Shown here: positions 9,321-17,700 of the stretch, one piece after another
How positions within the stretch are numbered: the first letter of the stretch is position 1
How the letters are laid out: each line of letters opens with the position of its first letter
IMG/VR virus record: IMGVR_UViG_3300046516_001816
Coordinates: 220,984-284,983 of that record
DNA: 64,000 nt
Reading direction: 5' to 3' (one strand)
Translations under genes and position numbers: made by a program
Notes under the pieces: generated by a model
Told to the model about the DNA's origin: nothing
Database searches by the model: none
What the model saw: only the letters and a program-made list of their open reading frames with translations

Positions 9321-9476
9321 ATGGACAAGTTCATGTGGTGGGTGCGGGAAGACGGCTCGGCCGAGTTGGTCGAGGTGTTGAAGCAGGTGCGTACGGGCGC
9401 TTTGGCGATACGCGATCGCAACGTGTATCACCTGGTGCTGGCGGATGAGCTCCAGAAGGAACATCCGTATTGGTAA
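9321..9476 (+). CDS. small hypothetical protein (51 aa, not in ORF track)
   Basis: AAGGAG RBS; MDKFMWWVREDGSAELVEVL...HPYW, followed by a hairpin. Confidence 0.7.
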   Translation: MDKFMWWVREDGSAELVEVLKQVRTGALAIRDRNVYHLVLADELQKEHPYW

Positions 9477-9532
9477 TCTCATGGGGGAACTTCGGTTCCC
9501 CTCTTATTACACTAAACCATTCGAGGCAGTTC

Positions 9533-9955
9533 ATGGATTACATTTTCGGTATTTCGTACGCGCAGTCAGTTTACCTGATGGGCGTGTCGTTGTGCATTCT
9601 GTTTCAGCTTGTGGTCGGCAGCTGGCTGCATTTCGGCAAGAGCGACATGGCAGTGGTTGCGCGCATGACGCGTGAGGAGAAGCTCGCCACGCTCTACCTG
9701 CGTGTGGGTTTGGTGGGCTACGTCTGCTGGATGCTGGTCGCCACCGCGTTCTTCACGTATTTCTTTCTCACGCTGGGTTGGTACGTCGCCCTCGTCGTGG
9801 GATTGATCGGTGGTGCAGTGCTCATGCCGTTCCAGTTCTACAAGCTGGTGAAGATCAGCAAGAATCAAGACGCACTCAATCGTGCGAAACTTTTCATGGA
9901 TTACGATCTGCAATGGCCGAGCATGCGCTCGCTGAGCGTAAAGCGCGGTCGTTAA
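9533..9955 (+). CDS. multi-pass membrane protein (about 3 TM)
   Basis: GAGG RBS; three hydrophobic segments. Confidence 0.75.
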   Translation: MDYIFGISYAQSVYLMGVSLCILFQLVVGSWLHFGKSDMAVVARMTREEKLATLYLRVGLVGYVCWMLVATAFFTYFFLTLGWYVALVVGLIGGAVLMPFQFYKLVKISKNQDALNRAKLFMDYDLQWPSMRSLSVKRGR

Positions 9956-9972
9956 ACGTTTAGGAGGTTGTC

Positions 9973-10182
9973 ATGGTCCGCCGCATCGATGCTATTCCCG
10001 CGTTTCAATCGTTTCAGCAATACCTGAATCAGGCGCCTGCACAACCTCTTGTGAAAGGTGTGGTAAAGGCGCAGTTGAACGAGCTTCCGAGCTCGACGCA
10101 TGTCGTGATTTCCGCTGAAGGTCGCCGTCGTTTGGCCGCCGCTCAGTTGGAAGCACGGGTGCCTTACGACATCGAACTGTAA
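9973..10182 (+). CDS. small hypothetical protein
   Basis: AGGAGG RBS; followed by a terminator. Confidence 0.75.
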   Translation: MVRRIDAIPAFQSFQQYLNQAPAQPLVKGVVKAQLNELPSSTHVVISAEGRRRLAAAQLEARVPYDIEL

Positions 10183-10204
10183 GAGTTTCCTCTGCTGTAT
10201 CTTT

Positions 10205-10231
10205 GAGGGGCCTTCGGGTCCCTCTTTTTTT
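10205..10231 (+). terminator. rho-independent terminator
   Basis: GAGGGGCC-TTCG-GGTCCCTC plus T-tract. Confidence 0.85.
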
Positions 10232-10266
10232 GTTTAATCCTGTGTCTTTTACAGGAGATCCTTGCT

Positions 10267-10629
10267 ATGTTTCAAAAGCTCCAGGCTTTATGGGCGCGTG
10301 TGCAACCACTCATCACCTTTGCGCAGACGCGTCGTCTGACAGCCAAGACCTTTAGCGATATGTTCACCAACTGGAACGGCGACGTCGATCCAGCACGCTT
10401 GGTGGGCTATGGTTTCGTGATGCTCGGTGGCATTCAGTTTCTGTCGCTCTCGCTCTACGACACCCTGAAAAATCACACGTTCAATTACATGGGGTTCTCC
10501 ACTGGCCTCGTGGCGATCTCCGGTGCCATCACAGCTGCGGCCGCTGGGGTGCGCTGGAAGCAACTGGCTGAAGCGCCGATGCCTCCGGCAGGTGACCCCG
10601 TGTTCAACCCGCCGAACGCGAATGGTTGA
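10267..10629 (+). CDS. two-TM membrane protein (holin-like topology)
   Basis: AGGAG RBS; two hydrophobic segments; function not established. Confidence 0.7.
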   Translation: MFQKLQALWARVQPLITFAQTRRLTAKTFSDMFTNWNGDVDPARLVGYGFVMLGGIQFLSLSLYDTLKNHTFNYMGFSTGLVAISGAITAAAAGVRWKQLAEAPMPPAGDPVFNPPNANG

Positions 10630-10639
10630 TAGTATTTAC

Positions 10640-11230
10640 CGCCGCCCAGTAGAAAGTTACTCGGGCGTTATGGTATGCGGAGAGAAATCTCTGGATCATG
10701 GAATGCGTTAGATAGGGTTAGACACTGTCTGATGAGCGGTGCAAGTCCGCAGCGGTTTTGGGGGGATGCGCAATGCTAACTCTTGAGGCCGCCCAGGTGC
10801 AACGCCTGCGAAACCTCGTGGCACAGACTCCCTGGGTCTGGTGGTGGTAGGGATGGCTTTAGCTCAGATACTGTCGGGATGACAGAAAAATGGCGGGCAG
10901 CGGAAGGAGAGAACGGGCCTTCTTTGATCCTTATCGGTTTAGCCGCGTTGTAACAGTCTGCTCACGAGTTACCGTGCTCGACTGCCAGGTTTACCAGACC
11001 TGGAACGGTACGCCCAGTATAGCTGGGAAGTTGTAGCCTAGTTGATGCTTCGGCTCCTAGGACGCAGCCTGCAAGAGATGATGGTGTTCGGTGCGTGGGT
11101 CATTCACGCAAGCGTCAGAGACTGGCTGTCTCTGGAACCAGGATAAACTTATCGAAACGGTCGTCTCCCCGGATGAGATAAGCGGAACTGCTTCACACCC
11201 GTCTCTTGTGGGATGCGGATCCCTTTTTTT
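10640..11230 (+). ncRNA. candidate large structured non-coding RNA (~590 nt)
   Basis: No credible ORF. More than 12 hairpins/stems, GAAA/GCAA/UUCG loops, two similar UGCAA T-loop-like hairpins, G-U-rich stems pointing to the + strand, and a 3' hairpin plus U-tract. Confidence 0.65.
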
Positions 11231-11251
11231 ATTTTGTCAACTTGCCATGAC

Positions 11252-11845
11252 ATGCAAACGTATACAAACGAAGCGTTGCTAGCCCGTATTCAAGTGATCG
11301 ACGGATTCTTTAGTGAGGCCGCGCTACGAGACCTGGAGTTCTTCTGGCGAGCGCCGATCTGGAAGTACGACTGGAAGACCAGTGGCACCGAGTATAACTT
11401 CTGGGGTACCCGACTGATGGGACTGGGGCAAGCCGAAACCCTCACCAACTGCGAGCACCAGTTTCAGGACAGTGCGATGAATGCGTTTCTGGGACGTGTC
11501 TGGTATGCGATTCGGGACCACTATCTGCCCGATCATGAACTCATTCGTTGTGCAGGAGCAGCGTACAACCAGGGGGCGGATGGCTTTATCCACACGGACA
11601 ATGCAGCGGAAGGTTACACGAGCATTCTGGTGTACACGCATCCGTACTGGGAAGCGCATTGGGGTGGCGAGATTGGCTATTACACTCTGGATCAGAGTGA
11701 GCTACTCACCATGATTGCCCCCAAGCCTGGACGCTTACTCATTGCCCCGGGGTTTATTCCGCATCGTCCGTTTGCCCCCGGTCGTAATGTCGATAGTTTG
11801 CGCGCCGCACTGAATTTTAGATCAAGACCAAAGGTAAACAAATGA
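11252..11845 (+). CDS. 2OG-Fe(II) oxygenase (prolyl-hydroxylase-like)
   Basis: HxD (IHTD), WGGE, distal His (IPHR) and Arg (LRAALNF). Confidence 0.85.
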   Translation: MQTYTNEALLARIQVIDGFFSEAALRDLEFFWRAPIWKYDWKTSGTEYNFWGTRLMGLGQAETLTNCEHQFQDSAMNAFLGRVWYAIRDHYLPDHELIRCAGAAYNQGADGFIHTDNAAEGYTSILVYTHPYWEAHWGGEIGYYTLDQSELLTMIAPKPGRLLIAPGFIPHRPFAPGRNVDSLRAALNFRSRPKVNK

Positions 11846-12465
11846 AACAATTGGGGAATCTGGAAGACGAGATCTGGGTGCTCGATGATCTGATTCCTAA
11901 GGATGTCCAGGCACGCTTATCCGCTACGGTCCAAAGTCCCGTCTGGGGGTATGATTGGCGCACGTCTTTGTCGGATCGCTATCCGGTCTGGGGTCGCAGT
12001 GTGGCTTCCCCGATGCGCGGGGACTTGAATGTCCAGGAGCAGTTACTCCAAGACACCCAGCAGCTCGACTCCGCTGAGATCTGGAAACTGTTCACGAAGA
12101 GCTTTCTGCGCGGACACAGTCTGCTGCGCGCCTTTGTGATTGGCTTTCACCATGGCTGCGAAGGCTACGCCCACGGGGACAACGTCGATCCGGAAACGGG
12201 CACCGAGATGGGTAACGGGCTGAACCTCACCAACTATCGCTCTACCATTGTGTTTGCCTTCAATGAGTGGGACGCCGCGTGGGGCGGGGAAATGGTGCTC
12301 TATAACCGGGAGATGACGGACATTGTCATGGCCGTTGAGCCCAAACCCTTTCGAGTGCTGAGCTTTCCGGGGTTCCTGCCGCATAAACCGAATGGTCCGA
12401 CCCGTGTCTCGGATCAGTTCCTGCCGCTTTTGTCGTATCGCTCCAAACAAATCCTTCGCAAGTGA
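11842..12465 (+). CDS. 2OG-Fe(II) oxygenase paralog
   Basis: AHGD, WDAAWGGE, LPHK; the Arg seen in the other two copies is replaced. Confidence 0.8.
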   Translation: MKQLGNLEDEIWVLDDLIPKDVQARLSATVQSPVWGYDWRTSLSDRYPVWGRSVASPMRGDLNVQEQLLQDTQQLDSAEIWKLFTKSFLRGHSLLRAFVIGFHHGCEGYAHGDNVDPETGTEMGNGLNLTNYRSTIVFAFNEWDAAWGGEMVLYNREMTDIVMAVEPKPFRVLSFPGFLPHKPNGPTRVSDQFLPLLSYRSKQILRK

Positions 12466-12472
12466 GACCACT

Positions 12473-13093
12473 GTGAGTATTATTCAAACGTCCCGTAAAG
12501 AGTTGGCCGACCGCGTACAAGTCCACGATGGACTGATTCCTGTCGGCCTGCAAGAACACCTCACCGCCCTGGTGACCAAGCCCATTTGGGCGCATGGCTG
12601 GAAGTCCAATGCCGAGAACGACAAGTATTCGTTCTGGCACGCCCACTTCGCCGGCGGCGATCTGCACAACCGTGTCAGCTGCGAAACCGAGCTTGACGAG
12701 AAGGGACCGGTGGCGGTGGCTCGCCTCTGGGATCTGCTGAGGAAGACGATTCTGCAAGGTCATGAGCCGTTGCGTGCGTACGGCAACGCCCACACGTTTG
12801 GCTGTGAGGGCTACATCCATGTCGACAATCGAGACAGCGACAACTATTTCTCGACCATCATCTATACCAACAAGAACTGGAAAGCCTGGTGGGGTGGTGA
12901 AACGCTCTTCTACGGACTGGACCAGAAGGACATTATCAAGGCCTGTGCCGCGCTGCCGTTTCGGATCGTGACCTTCCCGGGACATATCCCGCACAAGGCC
13001 AACGCGCCGGCGCGCGACGTGCCCGACCTGCGCACATGCATCGTGTTCAAGTCGCACCTGAAACAGGCCCCGGCACAACCGACGGAGGTGTAA
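12473..13093 (+). CDS. 2OG-Fe(II) oxygenase paralog
   Basis: IHVD, WWGGET, IPHK, LRTCIVFK; GTG start inferred. Confidence 0.85.
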   Translation: MSIIQTSRKELADRVQVHDGLIPVGLQEHLTALVTKPIWAHGWKSNAENDKYSFWHAHFAGGDLHNRVSCETELDEKGPVAVARLWDLLRKTILQGHEPLRAYGNAHTFGCEGYIHVDNRDSDNYFSTIIYTNKNWKAWWGGETLFYGLDQKDIIKACAALPFRIVTFPGHIPHKANAPARDVPDLRTCIVFKSHLKQAPAQPTEV

Positions 13094-13094
13094 C

Positions 13095-13610
13095 GTGCTT
13101 GTGGACCGTGAAAAAATCATGGCCTTTTTAGAGGCTCACCATGCCTCTACGGCCGGTCACAGTGGTAGGACCTTCCTGCGCCATTTGGAGGGCACTGAGC
13201 GCATTCTAAGGGACTGGGGATGCCCTCAACACTTGCAGCTGGCTGGATTGTTCCATTCGATCTATGGGACGAACATTTTCACGGTTCAAAGCGCGTCGTT
13301 TGGTGAGCGCGAAGTGATCTCGTCCTTGATTGGACCGATCGGCGAATGGTTGGCGTATCTGTTTTGTGTGACGGCGCGACCCGATGCCTTCTTCATTGCC
13401 AAGACCTCCAAGAGCATGCGGCATCGCTACACGCAGATGCCCATTGCGGTGCGTGACGATGATTTGCGTGATCTGTTTCTGCTCGAAGCGGCGAACCATA
13501 TCGAACAGAACATGAACCCTCCGCTCGTGAAACGCATCCACGACCTCTACCAAGACGATCCTACTGTTACCGACGCCGCCAAGTACGGGATGTGGGAATT
13601 CTTTAGCTAA
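13095..13610 (+). CDS. HD-like DUF6817-type protein
   Basis: HSGRTFLRHLEGT...WG...AGLFHSIYGT signature. Confidence 0.7.
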   Translation: MLVDREKIMAFLEAHHASTAGHSGRTFLRHLEGTERILRDWGCPQHLQLAGLFHSIYGTNIFTVQSASFGEREVISSLIGPIGEWLAYLFCVTARPDAFFIAKTSKSMRHRYTQMPIAVRDDDLRDLFLLEAANHIEQNMNPPLVKRIHDLYQDDPTVTDAAKYGMWEFFS

Positions 13611-13615
13611 GAACA

Positions 13616-14116
13616 ATGAAAACCATTCTCTACCATGGTTCTGGGTTTGACCAGGACGAACTGATGCCAGGCTTTTTACGCTCCGGCAAGCTGGTGCAGT
13701 GGGATCAAACGGAGTCGAACGAATGGCTCTACACGACGACCGACAAGCAAGAAGCGATCAGTCAGGCGTTCGCGTCGATGATCGAGAAAACCTACGAGAG
13801 CATGGGGTATGCCACCCACGGCAATCGGATCGAGATTCAGTTCCCGAAGGAAGTGGCGCCCAGTGTGGAGGAGTTGAAAAAGCTCCAGCTGTTCCTGTAC
13901 ACGATCCGTCTGGAGGACGAGGACGGGTGGGTCAAGAACAACAACGAACACAACCAGATCAAGACCGAGTGGAAAACGCAGTCGATTATCGATCGCAACA
14001 TCATCCACAAGGAACAGATCGATCTGGCTGGGTGGCTCGCAAACAAGCAATTGGATTTACGAGTGGGCGGTAAGGCGAATAATCCGAACGCCGCACCCGG
14101 TTGGTTACTCTGGTAA
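13616..14116 (+). CDS. jumbo-phage hypothetical protein (N-terminal LYHGS)
   Basis: 166 aa; the YHGS start resembles ADP-ribosyltransferase-fold proteins, unverified. Confidence 0.7.
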   Translation: MKTILYHGSGFDQDELMPGFLRSGKLVQWDQTESNEWLYTTTDKQEAISQAFASMIEKTYESMGYATHGNRIEIQFPKEVAPSVEELKKLQLFLYTIRLEDEDGWVKNNNEHNQIKTEWKTQSIIDRNIIHKEQIDLAGWLANKQLDLRVGGKANNPNAAPGWLLW

Positions 14117-14293
14117 TAGAGGTCAGGCTTCGGCCTGGCTTTTATGCCGACTGAAAGAAATCTCAGAAATATATAATGTCCTTGGTATCCCTGGATAAAA
14201 ATATACCCCAGGACCATCTATGAGAAGAGGGGGTTTCCCCTACCTATGCCGTCTCTTCATTCAATCAAGCAACGAAACCAAGGAGTCGTACAA

Positions 14294-16138
14294 ATGAAGC
14301 AAGAACAATTTGTGGTTGCAAAGCAGGAATTCGAAATGGGTCTGGTCGGTCAGTTCTGCTGGGCTGAGTTCCGCGACAATATGAAGGCGGTCGCTGTCGA
14401 CGAAGACCAGATGGAAAAGTGGTTCGACTGGCTCGCGAACCTGATGGCCAATGACATGACGGGCGCGGATGACGACGGTTTCCGGCCGCAGGAATTCGAG
14501 TACAAGCTCGACGTCGAAATCATGTATCGCGATGAAGCGAAAGAAAATTCGGACGAAGTCGATGTCTCGAAAGCGGGACTGGTGCTGCGTCTGGTGCCGA
14601 TGAGCGAGCGCGTGCAGGCAGTGATCCAAGAAGGCATGAGCATGACCGCGTTTCGTTGGCCGGTGATCAACAATGAGGGCGTGTTGATGATCGAAGCGTT
14701 CAGCTACGACATGCTCAGGTATGCGCGGCCGGTCGTCTCGAAACTGGTGCAGGGAGTGCAGGCGCCGGCGACCATGGCCGAAGACACGCTGGTGCAAGAG
14801 CGCGATCCGGATTGGGGTGAAGAGCCGGCAAGCCAGAAGAAACTGACGACGCGTCCGGTGTTTGGCTGGCTGAAGGAAGCCCTCACCAAGGGCGTGGTCT
14901 CGTACGAGGATTTGAAGGAGCTCCTCAAGCAGCCGCTGTTCTTCAGTCTGGCTCACAAGGAAGACACGTATGTTTCGTTCTTCCGCAAGCTGGACAAGTA
15001 TCTCGAAGGTGAATTCCCGGTGCTGAACAAGGAGCGCCCGCTCTTTGGTCTGCGTTTTTCCAACACTCAGGAGACCATGTATGGTCTGCTCACCATCACG
15101 TACCACTCGCAGCGTCACGACGCCGACGTCAAACGCAATACGCTGAACGTACTCTGCCCGCTATCCTGGGGCAATGACGCCGATTGGCCGGTGATCATCG
15201 ATCCGGAAGTGTCGTTCCAGCCGATGCACTACACAGGCACGTTGGCCGAACACGCGGCCACCGAAGTGCGCTTCAGTCTGCAACGCGCAGCGAGCCGCAT
15301 CAACCTGGAAGCACCGGTAGTGGATCAGCTGCAAAGCTTCCTGAACGACGGTACGTTGGCGCAGATTATCGATCGCCGTCTGGTGGAAGCCAATATCCAC
15401 CATGAAGTGAAAAGCGTCTTCGTGCAGCCGAAGGGAAGTTTTACCTACGTGCAAACCGAAGAGCCGCTGCAATTCCATGCTCAGGCGTTCTTCTTCCCCG
15501 CTCATGAGCCCTCGTGGGAGCCGAACGAAGCGATCGCACTCCTGGATCTGGTGATGGACTACACGGAGCCGTTTTTCGTGTGGCGCCATGACGCGGGGCA
15601 GGTGGAATTGTTGGAGCGCAAGCCGAGCAGCGACAAACATGCGGGTGTGTCGCAGACGCTGAAGTTCTCGGTGGGCGACGGAGCGAAGTTCCAGACCATG
15701 GCGGATCCTGCCCAGCAGGCTGAGAGCACGATGGATCTGAACGCACTGCGCGCCCAAGCGGCCAAGCATGCGATGGAAAGCAGTGCCAATGCTCGCCCCA
15801 TCGTCGGTCAGGCCGCGATGCCGATGGAAGCCGTGCATCAGGGTTTTGACATCGCCCTGGAAATGACCTTCCTGGATTCGCGTGTGCCCTATCCGGTGCT
15901 CAATGCCTTTATGGGTTTGTTCCCGGATCTGTTTGTAAAGTATGCGCGACTGCTGGAAGAGCTTAGCTATCGTGGCGTGCAGATCAATCAGGAACCGGTG
16001 ATGCTGGAACTGAGGGGGCAAGTCAGTGACATCCTGGGCGATCAGAAGACGGAGGTGGTGTTGCGGCTGGTCTGCGTCGATGTGTCCGATGATAGTATCG
16101 GCTCGTCGGTGGATGTGAAGTACTGTTTCAAGCGTTAA
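14294..16138 (+). CDS. large hypothetical protein
   Basis: AAACCAAGGAG leader before ATG 14294; upstream AT-rich TATATAAT at ~14170 is a possible early promoter. Confidence 0.8.
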   Translation: MKQEQFVVAKQEFEMGLVGQFCWAEFRDNMKAVAVDEDQMEKWFDWLANLMANDMTGADDDGFRPQEFEYKLDVEIMYRDEAKENSDEVDVSKAGLVLRLVPMSERVQAVIQEGMSMTAFRWPVINNEGVLMIEAFSYDMLRYARPVVSKLVQGVQAPATMAEDTLVQERDPDWGEEPASQKKLTTRPVFGWLKEALTKGVVSYEDLKELLKQPLFFSLAHKEDTYVSFFRKLDKYLEGEFPVLNKERPLFGLRFSNTQETMYGLLTITYHSQRHDADVKRNTLNVLCPLSWGNDADWPVIIDPEVSFQPMHYTGTLAEHAATEVRFSLQRAASRINLEAPVVDQLQSFLNDGTLAQIIDRRLVEANIHHEVKSVFVQPKGSFTYVQTEEPLQFHAQAFFFPAHEPSWEPNEAIALLDLVMDYTEPFFVWRHDAGQVELLERKPSSDKHAGVSQTLKFSVGDGAKFQTMADPAQQAESTMDLNALRAQAAKHAMESSANARPIVGQAAMPMEAVHQGFDIALEMTFLDSRVPYPVLNAFMGLFPDLFVKYARLLEELSYRGVQINQEPVMLELRGQVSDILGDQKTEVVLRLVCVDVSDDSIGSSVDVKYCFKR

Positions 16139-16257
16139 CGCGCGCTGGGCCCCGGGCTTCGGCTCGGGGCTGTATGCCGTTGGGTAGTTTTGTCCACCCC
16201 CGAGATCGTATGAAAAGGGGGTAAATATTATCTTACAACAAACCAAAGGAAACGAAC

Positions 16258-16833
16258 ATGTCCCACTCTCTCGAAAGTCAACACCTGGTGGAAGTCGATA
16301 AGCTTCTGAAGCTGTCGATGAGCGGAAGCTGGTTCTTTAAGAATCAGATGCAGGACTATGCAGACGAAAGCGAAATCGCTGAAATCGCCAAGCGCCTGGA
16401 TACGCTCTACGACCAGGGCGTGAAACACAACGCGGGTCGCAGCTTTAACCCGAAGTACCAGTTCCATCGGGTCGCCGATATGGACACGCAGACCCCCAAG
16501 GTCTACTTGCAATTGCTGCTGCCGGGCAACCATTTCAACGCTGCCAAGTTGGTCGGCGAGATTTGCCTGCATCTGAGTCTCGAAGACCACGGATGCATCC
16601 GACTCTCGCTGCCGCTGGAAACGGCTGCGCAGAAGTTGGCACGGGAGCATCACTGGAAGGTGTCAGAGGCTGAGTTGGAGGCACTCACCACGCTCATCGA
16701 AGCAGCAAAAGCGCTCCAGGACCTGGGCAGTAAGAATCTGCCCGTGACGCTGGATGTCGGTCGCGACGGTGTGAAGATCAGCACCGGCTATTATAATCCG
16801 GTTGACCAAGTGCGGGCTGCACTCGCTCGCTAG
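16258..16833 (+). CDS. hypothetical protein
   Basis: AAAGGA RBS; 191 aa. Confidence 0.8.
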   Translation: MSHSLESQHLVEVDKLLKLSMSGSWFFKNQMQDYADESEIAEIAKRLDTLYDQGVKHNAGRSFNPKYQFHRVADMDTQTPKVYLQLLLPGNHFNAAKLVGEICLHLSLEDHGCIRLSLPLETAAQKLAREHHWKVSEAELEALTTLIEAAKALQDLGSKNLPVTLDVGRDGVKISTGYYNPVDQVRAALAR

Positions 16834-16858
16834 GTTGACCACTTTCAACCATTCGGCC

Positions 16859-17248
16859 ATGATTACCAGAAAGGCGCAGTACTTCATGACCCTGGAGCAG
16901 TTCGAGCAATCGATCATCCAGGGTCTGGTGAAAAACAACACGGACTACCAGACGATCGTTACTGCTTTGAATAGCCTGATCGCCCAAGTCCAAGCCGCCC
17001 TTCCGGCCGTCACGTTGCACTTTGCTGCCATCGCGTATAACGATGGGACGGGTCAACTGGTGATGCAGTTGGAAGTCGGACATGCACTGTCCTCCCGCGT
17101 GATGCACTGGGATGCCGCGATCCTGATGAATGCCTATCTGGAGTCCGGTACGATTTACGCGAGCTTACCACTCACGACGAAGTTGTATACGCCGAATGCC
17201 TCGCCCATCAGCAGTGACGTGACGGGCTTGGCTCCGCAGTCCAATTAA
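16859..17248 (+). CDS. hypothetical protein
   Basis: ATG 16859; followed by a hairpin+TATGCCG element. Confidence 0.7.
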   Translation: MITRKAQYFMTLEQFEQSIIQGLVKNNTDYQTIVTALNSLIAQVQAALPAVTLHFAAIAYNDGTGQLVMQLEVGHALSSRVMHWDAAILMNAYLESGTIYASLPLTTKLYTPNASPISSDVTGLAPQSN

Positions 17249-17316
17249 GCTTTACCCAGGGGCTGCGGCTCCTGGGCTTTATGCCGTCTAATTAATCTAA
17301 ACCAAGGAGTAGAATC

Positions 17317-17553
17317 ATGGAAGACTATTTCGTGTTGTGCATTGGCGCCGGCTTTGTGTTGGGCTTGTTGGCCATCTGGTTGAAAGCATTCTGGTGGGAT
17401 CCCCGCCAGCGTAACAAGAAGATTCAGCAGCGCTTGTGTGAAGCCGTCCGGAATATCCCGGGCAAGATGCATCCCGATTGCTACCACCACGGCTGCCGTG
17501 GTCAGGGGCATTGCTTTCGCTGTGTGACGATGGCGAAACTGGATGCGCAGTAA
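17317..17553 (+). CDS. single-TM protein with C-terminal Cys/His cluster
   Basis: AAACCAAGGAG leader; TM; HPDCYHHGCRGQGHCFRC. Confidence 0.75.
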   Translation: MEDYFVLCIGAGFVLGLLAIWLKAFWWDPRQRNKKIQQRLCEAVRNIPGKMHPDCYHHGCRGQGHCFRCVTMAKLDAQ

Positions 17554-17700
17554 CGATCTCAGTGCGGGAGACCAGAGCCCCAGAGAGGGCCGTAGTAACC
17601 TTAGTGCCTGAGAGGCAGTAAGCAAGTGCAAGACGGCATAAAGCCCTCCCCGCAAGGGGAGGGCCTATGCTTAGCCTTCTTTTTTTGGTTTCAAACCCAA

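Noticed and set aside
10267-10629. Holin assignment
   Set aside because: Topology is compatible, but there is no adjacent endolysin and no diagnostic sequence; left as a membrane protein.
10730-10810. tRNA genes suggested by GGTGCAAGTCC / GGTGCAACGCC T-arm-like hairpins
   Set aside because: No acceptor stem, D-arm or anticodon arm at the right spacing and no CCA; treated as modules of a larger RNA.
13616-14116. ADP-ribosyltransferase call from the YHGS motif
   Set aside because: Only the first motif is visible and downstream catalytic residues cannot be assigned confidently.
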